From Clostridiaceae bacterium (GTDB taxonomy: Bacteria > Bacillota > Clostridia > CAYPLH01 > DUMO01): a stretch of DNA of 64,000 nt. Under the pieces are notes generated by a model. That model ran no database searches. It was not told the DNA's origin and worked only from the letters and a program-made list of their open reading frames with translations. The position numbers and the translations under genes are program-made. The DNA lies in assembly GCA_012839865.1 (NCBI GenBank), contig DUMO01000054.1, positions 1 through 64,000 on the forward strand. The letters are read 5' to 3'. Shown in pieces: positions 1 through 9,711 of this stretch (the first letter of the stretch is position 1; the number at the start of each line of letters is the position of its first letter).

Positions 1-1
1 A

Positions 2-45
2 CAAAAACCCCATTTTACGATAATCTTATCACCGAAAATGGAGTT
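2..45 (-). terminator. Probable intrinsic terminator downstream of the mntA-hepT pair
   Basis: On the minus strand: CTCCATTTT...AAAATGGGGG stem with an inner GATAA/TTATC pair, followed by TTTTTGT. Confidence 0.5.
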
Positions 46-283
46 ACTTTTTGAGTAATCAGCTCAAACCAAAACATATATGCTAATTTGGGTATAAATA
101 ACAGCACGACTAATGACAAGCAGAACGAATACAGCTAAGTAATCCAAATTCCGACAACACAACAAAGCCCGTACAATCGGACCATTAAATCAATTATCAG
201 TTAGTTTGAGATTACTTTAAAATCATCGCCGCGCCTCATTTCAATAATAATATATATTATTATTTCATATCTCTTCCTTTTTG

Positions 284-646
284 TCAATTATTTAGAATAT
301 CAAGCTGCTTTATAACTTCGGAACAATAATCTTTCAGTTTCGGAATATCGCTTGTAATAGTTTCCCACAAAATCTCATCATCTATTTTGCCATAGTTATG
401 TGCAACCACATTGCGTAATGCCTTAATTTGTGTCCATGGTATTCCAGTATAGGTTTGTTTGAAATCATCGGTTAGACGTGTGGTTAATTCTCCAATTTGC
501 AGCACACAAAGAGCAGTAGCATTCTTATAAACTGAATCTCGTGAAAACACTGAATAATCTTCTCCAAAACGCTGGATTGTCGCTGAAATTTCGTCGCAAT
601 AAGAAATAATACGACGCAGTACATCGGCGTTTCGGTTAGCCCCCAT
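284..646 (-). CDS. hepT: HEPN (DUF86/HepT-like) RNase toxin
   Basis: RNVVAHNY matches the RX4HXY HEPN motif. Start moved to the ATG at 646 (GGAGG upstream); overlaps the end of the upstream MNT gene by 11 nt. Confidence 0.85.
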   Translation of the reverse strand: MGANRNADVLRRIISYCDEISATIQRFGEDYSVFSRDSVYKNATALCVLQIGELTTRLTDDFKQTYTGIPWTQIKALRNVVAHNYGKIDDEILWETITSDIPKLKDYCSEVIKQLDILNN

Positions 647-938
647 ATAAAAGGACCTCCTCCTTCTGTATTTTTCGAAGAAAGTCATCTTCCAAACTAC
701 CTGTTGTCAGAATATCAACTTTCATTTGCAAAGCATTTTCGATTTCCGTATACAGCCCGCATAGTGCGAACATCCCTTTAAGGTATCCTTTATCAATCCT
801 TAAATCAACATCACTGTCTTCGCTAACATCTCCACGAGCATAAGAGCCAAACAAATATACACGTTCTACACCGTATTTCCGTGCAATCGGTTCTATAATG
901 TCCTTTATTTCTTTTATAGTATACTTTTTCGCTGACAT
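636..938 (-). CDS. mntA: Minimal nucleotidyltransferase antitoxin (MntA-like)
   Basis: GSYARGDVSEDSDVD matches the GSX10DXD motif; 100 aa; directly upstream of the HEPN gene. Confidence 0.88.
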   Translation of the reverse strand: MSAKKYTIKEIKDIIEPIARKYGVERVYLFGSYARGDVSEDSDVDLRIDKGYLKGMFALCGLYTEIENALQMKVDILTTGSLEDDFLRKIQKEEVLLYGG

Positions 939-1059
939 AGCTCTTGTCTCCTTTGAACCTTGTAGTATCTATGCTACTTAATATATTATATCACAGCCTT
1001 TTACCAAAAATCCACTTGAATACCATGACAAAATTACCGAAAACACTTTAAGAAGTACT

Positions 1060-1794
1060 CTAAAGTATCCATTTCTTTTTTATATTCCTCTGGCATAAGT
1101 AAAATAATAATGCAGCAAAGGCCAACATGACAATGATGTTGAATATTATGTCAAATATAGAGTTCCCTGCAATTGTTGCATTAAGTATATCCGTCCCATA
1201 GGTTAGAGGCAGGCAAAATGATATTGGTTTTAATAATTGGGGCAAATTGTTGATTGGTATATACAGGCCGCACAAAAACAGCATCGGAAATCTGAAGAAG
1301 TTTGAAAAGGTTTGGGCTTCGAATACCTCCCTGGCGGATATAGCTATCAGCAAACCCAGCAAGGCAGAGGTAATTGCTATCAAAACAGCTGCAATAACTG
1401 CAATGCCCCAGTCAACTCCGCTTAAGTCCGTGAAGAATGATGCAAAAACAACCGGTACAAAGGCATTGAAGATTCCAAACAAAATCGCTCCCAGGATTTT
1501 GGCAAAGACTAATGTACTTATGCTGACAGGTGCCAATAATAATCTGTCAAATGAGCGGCCTCTCCTTTCAAATGTAATTGTAACTGCAAGCATTGATGTA
1601 GTCCCGAACAATACGCTCATGGCCATTAAACCCGGCAGCAGCCCTAAAATTCCTATGCTGCCCTGTGACCGGACAAGCTGCATCAAGGTCCAGGAAAGCG
1701 GGAAAATAATACCCCAACTTATGTTTGGCGGTTTTAGATAGTAATTTTTAATATCCTTTTTTAATATATTCCAAAATGCAATTGAAGCATGCAT
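1060..1794 (-). CDS. ABC-2 type exporter permease
   Basis: Six hydrophobic segments, ERRGRSFDRLLLAP and PLTYGTD motifs typical of ABC-2 permeases; abuts the ATPase gene. Confidence 0.88.
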   Translation of the reverse strand: MHASIAFWNILKKDIKNYYLKPPNISWGIIFPLSWTLMQLVRSQGSIGILGLLPGLMAMSVLFGTTSMLAVTITFERRGRSFDRLLLAPVSISTLVFAKILGAILFGIFNAFVPVVFASFFTDLSGVDWGIAVIAAVLIAITSALLGLLIAISAREVFEAQTFSNFFRFPMLFLCGLYIPINNLPQLLKPISFCLPLTYGTDILNATIAGNSIFDIIFNIIVMLAFAALLFYLCQRNIKKKWIL

Positions 1795-2760
1795 CTATTT
1801 TCCCACCTTTTCTTTTTCCTTTATCAGCTTTGAGGCTTTAATGCCTGTTACCTTAACAAATACGTCTTCCAGTGACGGTTTTATTTCCTTTGCTTCGTAA
1901 ACGGAAATCCCTTTGTTATCCAATAATTGAAGAATAGGGGACAGGGCAATACGTTCTTTGGATATAATCAGGCATGAATTTTCATCCGGAATTTCAATTC
2001 TGCAATTTGAGAAATTGTCTTCCAATTCTTTCTTTATGCCTTCTATGCCATTATCAAGCTGCAATTTGATTTTATGCTCATGATCCACGCTTTCCATCAA
2101 TTCAGTTACAGTGCCGATCTTTACAATCCTGCCGTTTACAATAAAAGCAATCCTGTCGCAGATTCGTTCAGCCTCCTCAATATAGTGGGTGGTGATAAAA
2201 ATGGTCTTGCCTTGCTTTTTCAAGTCCAATACAAGCTCCCTAATCTGCCTTGCACTTTCAATATCTATTCCTGTTGTCGGTTCATCTAAAAACAATATCT
2301 TTGGATTGTGTATAATTCCGGCGGCAATTGTAAGTTTGCGCTTCATTCCCTTTGAATAGGCTTTAAAAGGGCGTTTCCCGGTTTTGGTTAAATTGAACTG
2401 TTCCAACAATTCCAGTGCCTGTTTTTCACGTTCTTTTTTGCGCATTCCATATAATGAAGCACAAAAGCAGAGGTTGTCGAAGCCATCCATTTCATCATAT
2501 AAATTATTTTCATCAGGAATGACTCCTATGATTTTCTGGACTTTTTTAACATCCTTTATGGCATCAATTCTATCAATCGTTATCTGGCCGCCGGCAGGTC
2601 TGGATAATCCGGTCATCATATTGATTGTTGAAGTTTTTCCTGCCCCGTTTGGCCCCAGAAAGCCAAACACCTCGCCCTGCTTTATACTGAAGGAAACTTC
2701 ATTTACCGCCGGGAATTCACCATATAGCTTTTTAAGATTTGTGACATTGACAATTTCCAT
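1795..2760 (-). CDS. ABC exporter ATP-binding protein (DrrA/CcmA-like)
   Basis: Walker A GPNGAGKT, signature YSKGM, Walker B ILFLDEPT. Start moved to MEIVNV at 2760. Confidence 0.92.
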   Translation of the reverse strand: MEIVNVTNLKKLYGEFPAVNEVSFSIKQGEVFGFLGPNGAGKTSTINMMTGLSRPAGGQITIDRIDAIKDVKKVQKIIGVIPDENNLYDEMDGFDNLCFCASLYGMRKKEREKQALELLEQFNLTKTGKRPFKAYSKGMKRKLTIAAGIIHNPKILFLDEPTTGIDIESARQIRELVLDLKKQGKTIFITTHYIEEAERICDRIAFIVNGRIVKIGTVTELMESVDHEHKIKLQLDNGIEGIKKELEDNFSNCRIEIPDENSCLIISKERIALSPILQLLDNKGISVYEAKEIKPSLEDVFVKVTGIKASKLIKEKEKVGK

Positions 2761-3166
2761 GACTGCCTGAACATCCTTCCTCTCTATTTTCGCCAGGGCA
2801 GAAGGGTTGGACCTTGTTAAAACACTGGGCATTACTTTGTGCGTGACACCTTCTCTTTTCAGAAGATTCACACTCTGTATTTTCATGATCACAAACTTCC
2901 CGCTCAATTGCAGCAAGTTCTTCAATTTTAGAAGAAATTGCCCGCAAAGTGCTCCGGTCAACATCATAATGCATGTAATATCCCTTCTTTACCCCTATAA
3001 GCAGGCCTGCTTCCTTTAGAACTCTTATGTGTTGCGATACAGCCGATTCTGACAAGTCTAGTTTTCTGGACAATGCTCTGACGCAATAGTTTTGCTGCAA
3101 AAGCAATGTTACCATTTTCAGTCGCGTATCATCAGCTATGGCTTTAAGTGCCTTTGATATCTCCAT
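2732..3166 (-). CDS. ArsR/SmtB-family regulator with Cys/His-rich C-terminal tail
   Basis: KAIADDTRLKM...SESAVSQHIRVLKEAGL winged HTH; tail has 7 Cys and several His; GGGGGA RBS; overlaps the ATPase start by 29 nt. Confidence 0.88.
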   Translation of the reverse strand: MEISKALKAIADDTRLKMVTLLLQQNYCVRALSRKLDLSESAVSQHIRVLKEAGLLIGVKKGYYMHYDVDRSTLRAISSKIEELAAIEREVCDHENTECESSEKRRCHAQSNAQCFNKVQPFCPGENREEGCSGSHGNCQCHKS

Positions 3167-3211
3167 AAATATCCCCCCTCAAATCATCTAATTTAGTAGT
3201 TACTTAATCAG

Positions 3212-3251
3212 ATGATATATTTATTTTTTGATTAAGTCAATACTTAATTAA
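3212..3251 (-). promoter_or_regulatory. sigmaA promoter of the arsR-ABC operon with overlapping inverted-repeat operator
   Basis: Minus-strand TTGACT-17-TATCAT. Inverted repeat TTGATTAAGT-CAAT-ACTTAATTAA (3228-3251) covers the -35. Confidence 0.65.
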
Positions 3252-3425
3252 AAAATAATTCTTATAGGAATTTCAGTACACGTAACTTTAAAAATATTAT
3301 AAATACTTGACGGGTGGATAAGAAGAGCTTAAAGTTGATTCGTATCCGGAGAATTATCACTTATCCAAAAAAGTATCATAATTAAAGGAAAGGATCATCA
3401 TATAAACCGGTTTTATTCCCGACAC

Positions 3426-4616
3426 CTATTCACATGCCTTAAAATTATATACCGGCTTTATAATATCGACAATTTCAACGGTGTCTTGTATGTTGTTGAT
3501 GATTTCATCCATGGGCTTGTAGGCCAGGGCACATTCGTCGAGGGTGGACCTGTTAACGGTGGTGGTATATATTCCTTCCATAGTTTTTTGAAACTCTTCC
3601 AGGCTGATGGTTTCCCTGGCCTTTCTCCTGCTCATGAGCCTTCCGGCACCGTGGGGTGCAGAGTAGTTCCAGTCTTTGTTGCCTTTACCGATGCAAATAA
3701 GACTTCCGTCCCTCATGCTTATGGGGATTAACACCTTTTCGCCCTCTCTGGCGGAAATGGCGCCTTTTCGTAAAATCATGCAGTCTAAGTCAATATAGTT
3801 ATGTATAGTCGTGAAATGCTCCTTTATTTCAAGCCCCATTCTGGTTATAATCTCATCAACAATAGCTTTGCGGTTGTACACGGCATACTGCTGGACTATT
3901 TTCATGTCGTGAAGGTAGTTGTAATAGCTTTCTCCCTTAAGGTAGGCTAATTGCTTGCTGATTTTGACGGGATGGATTTTTTCAATTTCCTCCTGTATTT
4001 CATTTTCACGTCCTTCCGCTTTCAGCTTTTTGATTATTTCATTCCTTTGCCTGTTTATATCGGTAAGCTCCTTGTAAGCCAAATCCTGATAATATTCTGC
4101 AACCTGTTTTCCCAGGTGCCTGCTTCCGGAGTGGACAACCAGGTACAATGTCCCGTCGCTGTCCCTGTTCACTTCTATAAAGTGGTTTCCGCCACCCAGG
4201 GTACCAACGCTTAATCTTGCCCTTTTAAGGTCAACGTGATTTCTGCAAATTAGGTTGTCAATATCAACGTTTTCAGTATAAGGATGCTTCTTTCTCCTGA
4301 TGTCAAAGCCTGAAGGGATATGGTCATAGATAATCCTGTCCAGTTTTCCAAAATCAATATCCTTCTGCGAAAGTTTAATGGTTTCCATGCCACAGCCTAT
4401 ATCCACGCCAACCAGATTGGGCACAATTTTATCAGATACCGTCATGGTGGTGCCAATGGTACACCCTGCGCCGGCATGGGTATCAGGCATAATCCTGATA
4501 ATACTGTCCTTTACGAACTCCTGATTGCACAATTCCATGATTTGGGCCAATGCTTCACTTTCTGCATTATCTGTAAATACCTTTGCGGTATTATACTTTC
4601 CTGCAACCTCAATCAT
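3426..4616 (-). CDS. rtcB: RtcB-family RNA ligase
   Basis: MPDTHAGAGCTIG, VGVDIGCG, GTLGGGNHF, HSGSR, HN and HGAGR motifs. Confidence 0.93.
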   Translation of the reverse strand: MIEVAGKYNTAKVFTDNAESEALAQIMELCNQEFVKDSIIRIMPDTHAGAGCTIGTTMTVSDKIVPNLVGVDIGCGMETIKLSQKDIDFGKLDRIIYDHIPSGFDIRRKKHPYTENVDIDNLICRNHVDLKRARLSVGTLGGGNHFIEVNRDSDGTLYLVVHSGSRHLGKQVAEYYQDLAYKELTDINRQRNEIIKKLKAEGRENEIQEEIEKIHPVKISKQLAYLKGESYYNYLHDMKIVQQYAVYNRKAIVDEIITRMGLEIKEHFTTIHNYIDLDCMILRKGAISAREGEKVLIPISMRDGSLICIGKGNKDWNYSAPHGAGRLMSRRKARETISLEEFQKTMEGIYTTTVNRSTLDECALAYKPMDEIINNIQDTVEIVDIIKPVYNFKACE

Positions 4617-4630
4617 GATTTCACCCTTTT

Positions 4631-5167
4631 TTACTTATCAACTTTCGGAAGCTTTTTCTTGAGTTCTTTAATCTTTACTCCAAGTTCAAAGTCGAAATGA
4701 CCTGCAAGGTAACCCAGCATCGCCGCAACCGGGACTGAAATGCCCGCCAGAATATATCCTGCCGCACCGTTGCCCGCCAAAGGTATAAAGAAGTATACCG
4801 GGCCTAAGACTCCTTTTATTATTGTTGGCTTCAGAATTTCATAAAATTCTCCAAGAGTGATTAATGAAGTGATAAGTATTACAACTCCGATCGGTAATAT
4901 ACCTATAGAACCAAGTATTATTCCTTTAAAAGGGTAGGGATGCATTCCGGTGTATTGCGGCCGTTTTTCCTTATGGGCAAGGGCTTTCATATCGACATAT
5001 ATCAGCAGGGACATCAGAAAAAAAATGAATAATGAAAAAAGAGGAAGCCACTTTGTAAAGCCTTCACCGGTTAAGCTGATGAAAGGATACAGAAAAATAA
5101 GGAACAACAATAGTGATACTAAATAATCAGTGAAAACTTTTAAACCGCCTTTTATATGATTAAGCAA
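4631..5167 (-). CDS. Hypothetical multi-pass membrane protein, probably co-transcribed with rtcB
   Basis: About five hydrophobic segments; ends 14 nt before the rtcB start. Start guessed at TTG 5167 behind GGGGTG. Confidence 0.7.
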   Translation of the reverse strand: MLNHIKGGLKVFTDYLVSLLLFLIFLYPFISLTGEGFTKWLPLFSLFIFFLMSLLIYVDMKALAHKEKRPQYTGMHPYPFKGIILGSIGILPIGVVILITSLITLGEFYEILKPTIIKGVLGPVYFFIPLAGNGAAGYILAGISVPVAAMLGYLAGHFDFELGVKIKELKKKLPKVDK

Positions 5168-5472
5168 GAAATCCACCCCTTTTAAAGCATGGAGCACAGA
5201 AGAGATACAATAAGGCACCCATGCCATAATTATTAAAATTTATGCTGTCTCTTACGAACCTGCCTTACTCCTTATTGTATTATACTATAACTGGAACTTT
5301 TTGAAAAGGCAGTCTAAGCAAAGACTGTAAACAGCTGTATCGGAATGTTGCCGTCCAAAGGTTCCCGGCCAGTCATAGGATACACTATAAGTATACAAAG
5401 CAGCGGTTCAATGAAAAAACAAGTGCTGGTGCAGGGGTAGATGATAGAATAAGGCTCCTGTTCCCATATAAT

Positions 5473-5519
5473 AAAAAAGTCAGCTCTAATATAGCCATTT
5501 AAGGCGAATAGAGCTGATT
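5473..5519 (-). terminator. Probable terminator of argC-argB
   Basis: TCAGCTCTA/TAGAGCTGA stem with a T-run on the minus strand. Confidence 0.5.
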
Positions 5520-5614
5520 GCACATGAAAAAAGCATTTATATATATATAATAATATATTTTAGAGTTGATTGCACCTGAAATTATAAGTTTTTAAAAAAA
5601 CCAATATTATAAAT

Positions 5615-6529
5615 TTATAATTCCTCCGTGCGGTGATAGGGAACCCGCGCTTTTGCAATCATGGTTCCAATTCCCTTATTGGTGAATATCTCCAATAGTA
5701 TGCAATGAGGTATGCGCCCGTCTAAAATGTGAGTCCTGTTTACTCCTTTTTCGAGGGCTTCAATGCAACCCTTTACTTTCGGTATCATACCGCCGCCTAT
5801 TACTTTCTTCTCAATAAGTTCATAAACTTCGGCAATGGTAAGGACAGAATAGATTTCATTGCTGTCCTTTGACTTTTTAATACCTTCAACATCGGTAAGC
5901 AGCATTAGTTTTTCTGCTTTAAGAGCTGCAGCAATTTCTCCGGCAACGGTATCAGCGTTGATATTGTAACTTTGTCCGTCCTTCCCAACGCCAACCGGTG
6001 CAATGACTGGAATATATTCATCTTTTGCTATGATATCAATTACTTTTGCATTGATATTTGTAATTTTACCCACATAGCCCAGGTCGCACTTCTTGCCGTC
6101 AATTTCCGTTGTATACTGCTCGCATTCAATCAGATTGCCGTCCAGACCGGAAAGGCCTATGGCTTTCCCGCCTTTTAGGTTCAGCATGGACACGATTTCT
6201 TTGTTGGTCTTGCCAACCAGTACCATCTGCACAACTCTCATCGTTTCTTCGTCGGTGACCCTCAGCCCGTTAATAAACTGGCTTGTTACGTTGAACTTTG
6301 AAAGGGCATGGTTGATATCCGGACCGCCGCCATGTACTACAACGGGGTTCATGCCTATGTATTTCAAAAGAGTGATATCTTCCATGACCGAATGCTTCAA
6401 TTCATCGTTAATCATGGCGTTTCCACCGTATTTTATAACTACTGTTTTTCCATACAGTCTTTGGATATATGGCAGTGCTTCTATCAGTATGCCTGCTTTT
6501 TTAATTATTGATTGCATTTGATCCGACAT
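5615..6529 (-). CDS. argB: Acetylglutamate kinase
   Basis: [36 protein letters not shown] motifs. Start moved to MSDQ at 6529 (GGAAGG RBS). Confidence 0.95.
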   Translation of the reverse strand: MSDQMQSIIKKAGILIEALPYIQRLYGKTVVIKYGGNAMINDELKHSVMEDITLLKYIGMNPVVVHGGGPDINHALSKFNVTSQFINGLRVTDEETMRVVQMVLVGKTNKEIVSMLNLKGGKAIGLSGLDGNLIECEQYTTEIDGKKCDLGYVGKITNINAKVIDIIAKDEYIPVIAPVGVGKDGQSYNINADTVAGEIAAALKAEKLMLLTDVEGIKKSKDSNEIYSVLTIAEVYELIEKKVIGGGMIPKVKGCIEALEKGVNRTHILDGRIPHCILLEIFTNKGIGTMIAKARVPYHRTEEL

Positions 6530-6753
6530 AAAAACCTTCCTTTTTTTAATTTTTATATCAATAGAATTATCATCCGGCAATAATCAAATATATAAACCGG
6601 TTGAAGCTTGACTCCTGTTTTTTAACTGTCTCCAACCAGGCACAAACTTAATGCATATTCCTGATTAATTTTCGTTTGAAAGCTTCCACCCAGGCAAAAA
6701 CCAGTTATATTATCCGGGTGAATTTTGCTTAACAGATCCCATCCAGGAATAAA

Positions 6754-7791
6754 TCAAATATATAATCCTGGTGATGCAAGCCCTGTACTCTCCGGCAACC
6801 CTGCAAGTATGTTCAAAACCTGAACAGCCTGACCTGCAGCACCTTTGCCCAGATTATCAATAGCCGACAAAATAATGACTTTGTTCAGCCTCTTATCCAC
6901 CACAAGACCGATATCAATGAAATTTGAGCCTGCTACAAACTTGACTTCCGGCAGTTTGCCTTCGTCCAGTATTCGTACAAAAAACTCATTCTTGTAGTAG
7001 TCCTTGTAAAGGCCAATTAATTCCGATGCAGCAAAATCATTCTTCAAATCTGCATATATTGTACACAGCATTCCTCTTTTCAAGGGAGCAAGATGAGGTG
7101 TGAACGAAACAACAACCTCTTCATTTACAAGCATGCTTATTTCCTGCTCTATTTCAGAGGTATGCCGGTGGGTTGCCACACCATAAGCTTTGAAGTTTTC
7201 GTCCAATTCACAAAACTGGTATGGCAAGTCGGTTTTTCTGCCGGCTCCGGACACTCCTGACACAGCATCAATGACAATGCCCTTTGTAGAAATCATTTTC
7301 TGTGAAATCAGAGGAGCAAGGGCAAGAATCGAGCATGTAGGATAGCATCCCGGGTTTGCAACAAGGGTGGCATTTGAAATTTCTTTTCTATGGATTTCCG
7401 GCAGCCCGTATACAGCCTTTTCATTCAGGTCCGGCAAAACATGCTTTGTTTTATACCATTCTTCATATACTTCAACTTTCTTATATCTGAATAAACCGCT
7501 ATGGTCTATAACTCTTTTTCCCTGACCAATAAGAGCAGGAATTATATCCTTTGAAACATCATCCGCCAAAGCTGTTACGTAAAAATCTGCTTCGGGAATG
7601 TTGCCGGCATCGAACTCTTCACATTTAATATCGGTCAGACCTCTGAAATTGGGGTATACATCGGATAAATATTTCCCGACAAAACTGTGGCTTCCTGCAA
7701 AAGTGAGCTTAAAATCAGGATGGCCCTGCAATAATCTTACAATTTCAATTCCTACATAACCTGTAGCTCCAAGTACAGCTACACTGAACAT
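6754..7791 (-). CDS. argC: N-acetyl-gamma-glutamyl-phosphate reductase
   Basis: GATGYVG, VANPGCYPT, SGVSGAG, DNLGKGAAGQAVQ motifs. Confidence 0.96.
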   Translation of the reverse strand: MFSVAVLGATGYVGIEIVRLLQGHPDFKLTFAGSHSFVGKYLSDVYPNFRGLTDIKCEEFDAGNIPEADFYVTALADDVSKDIIPALIGQGKRVIDHSGLFRYKKVEVYEEWYKTKHVLPDLNEKAVYGLPEIHRKEISNATLVANPGCYPTCSILALAPLISQKMISTKGIVIDAVSGVSGAGRKTDLPYQFCELDENFKAYGVATHRHTSEIEQEISMLVNEEVVVSFTPHLAPLKRGMLCTIYADLKNDFAASELIGLYKDYYKNEFFVRILDEGKLPEVKFVAGSNFIDIGLVVDKRLNKVIILSAIDNLGKGAAGQAVQVLNILAGLPESTGLASPGLYI

Positions 7792-8033
7792 GTAAACTCA
7801 TCTCCTTTGGTTTTTTCAGCATATTATTGCAACACCGAATGCTGCTATTATAAAATCCGGCATATTGTTTTGCTTGCTATAACTTTGCCAGTCTTTACAA
7901 ATTCCATCATTACCAAAGCAGGTTATATAAAGCATTGTTTGCTATAACTTTGCACCGCTATCATTTGCTCAGGCAGTTTACATAACGCTGCCTGGCAAAG
8001 ATCCCTGCTTACTATAAACTGTTTGATTTAATA

Positions 8034-8062
8034 ATTATACATTTTGATGCATAAAGATTCAA
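8034..8062 (-). promoter_or_regulatory. sigmaA promoter of argCB overlapped by a candidate ARG box
   Basis: Minus-strand TTGAAT-17-TATAAT with TG extension; TGAATCTTTATGCA resembles the ArgR/AhrC operator. Confidence 0.6.
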
Positions 8063-8350
8063 TATGTTTTTGGGAATTTAGATATTTTCATTTATATACT
8101 TAAAGTGGTATAATATAAGTCCAGGCATATTATGCTCAACCTATAATGTAAAACCATATATGGCTTTATTGCATGTTTTTCCTGAGGCAGGAGACACCAC
8201 AGGGGAATGCGGGGGCTAGAAATAATGTTTATGCAAAGTTACTAAATAGAAAATTTTAATTTTGTATAAAAGTATACTAGCTCATTAAATGTCTCAAGTG
8301 ATATAGTTATATAGAGGTTTTACGTATAGAATATTTTAGGAGGGGAAAAA

Positions 8351-9469
8351 ATGGCAAGTGTTAAGTTGAAAAATGTTTATAAAAAATACCCCGGTGGGGT
8401 CACGGCTGTCAGCGATTTCAGTCTGGATATTGAAGATAAAGAGTTTATAGTACTTGTTGGTCCTTCTGGTTGTGGCAAAACTACTACTCTGAGAATGATT
8501 GCAGGACTTGAAGAAATTACCGAAGGTGAGGTTTATATCGGTGACAAGTTCGTAAATGATGTAGCTCCGAAGGATAGAGATATAGCGATGGTTTTCCAGA
8601 GCTACGCATTGTATCCTCACATGACCGTTTTTGATAACATGGCTTTTGGATTGAAGCTCAGAAAGACTCCGAAAGATCAGATTAAGAAGAGAGTTCATGA
8701 AGCTGCAAGGATTTTGGAAATAGAACATCTGCTTGACAGAAAACCGAAAGCATTGTCGGGTGGACAAAGACAGAGGGTTGCGTTAGGACGTGCAATAGTT
8801 CGTGAACCGAAAGTTTTCTTGATGGACGAGCCACTTTCAAACCTTGACGCAAAATTGAGGGTTCAGATGAGAACTGAGATCAGCAAGCTGCATCAGAAAC
8901 TGCAAACAACTATTATCTACGTTACACACGACCAGACAGAAGCTTTGACAATGGCTAGCAGGATTGTTGTTATGAAAGATGGTTTCATTCAGCAAGTTGA
9001 CTCACCTCAAGCTCTGTACGAAAGACCTGATAATCTGTTTGTTGCAGGATTTATCGGAAGCCCGCAGATGAACTTCATCAATGTGGTAGCTGAGAAACAG
9101 GGCAATGATATTTACCTGAAGTTCGGTGGCAATTCTGTAAAACTTACAGAAGGAAAAGCCAAGAAACTCGAATCAACCGACTATGTTGGCAAAGAAATGA
9201 TTATGGGTATCAGACCTGAAGATATACATGATGAGGCTGCATATATCGAAACAATGCCTGACGCAGTTATCGACGCAGAAGTAGAAGTTGTTGAAATGCT
9301 TGGTTCAGAAACATTGTTATACATGACAATCGACGGTTCAACTTCCAACCTGATTGCTAAAGTTAATCCGAGAACAAAAGCCAGAACCGGCGATAAGATT
9401 AAGATTGCATTTGATGCAAACAAGATTCATTTGTTCGATAAGGATACTGAAAGGACAATAATGAACTAA
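8351..9469 (+). CDS. msmX: Sugar ABC transporter shared ATPase (MsmX/UgpC/MalK-like)
   Basis: [29 protein letters not shown]-terminal TOBE-like region; no adjacent permease genes. Confidence 0.9.
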   Translation: MASVKLKNVYKKYPGGVTAVSDFSLDIEDKEFIVLVGPSGCGKTTTLRMIAGLEEITEGEVYIGDKFVNDVAPKDRDIAMVFQSYALYPHMTVFDNMAFGLKLRKTPKDQIKKRVHEAARILEIEHLLDRKPKALSGGQRQRVALGRAIVREPKVFLMDEPLSNLDAKLRVQMRTEISKLHQKLQTTIIYVTHDQTEALTMASRIVVMKDGFIQQVDSPQALYERPDNLFVAGFIGSPQMNFINVVAEKQGNDIYLKFGGNSVKLTEGKAKKLESTDYVGKEMIMGIRPEDIHDEAAYIETMPDAVIDAEVEVVEMLGSETLLYMTIDGSTSNLIAKVNPRTKARTGDKIKIAFDANKIHLFDKDTERTIMN

Positions 9470-9534
9470 TGAGCGGCATTTGAGCAACCGATGGAACGGG
9501 ATTCGGTGTGAACACTTAAATTAAGCAAAGTTTT

Positions 9535-9568
9535 AAAGGGCTGTCTAATAAAAGGCAGCCTTTTCTTA
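9535..9568 (+). terminator. Intrinsic terminator
   Basis: AAAGGGCTGTC/GGCAGCCTTT stem followed by TTCTT. Confidence 0.7.
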
Positions 9569-9711
9569 TCTACAAAATTATCCTTTTAAATAAGTAGAAA
9601 AAGTGTTAAAATACTGTATAGTTAAGCAGAAATATCTTTAATTAAAGGTTTTTTTGGTTTATTGCAGAATATTATTGCTAATACCTTATACCTGGCGGGG
9701 GAGGGGATTAT

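Noticed and set aside
60..230. Hydrophobic broken reading frame downstream of hepT
   Set aside because: Multiple stops and no recognisable family; cannot be supported as a pseudogene.
5615..7791. argC-argB without argJ/argD between or after them
   Set aside because: Split arg operons are common; as I recall, argJ is unlinked in Acetivibrio thermocellus too (not verified here).
7850..8020. ~65-bp periodicity suggesting a degenerate CRISPR array
   Set aside because: The conserved core is only 15 nt, lacks CRISPR-like termini and has just two exact copies; kept only as a leader repeat.
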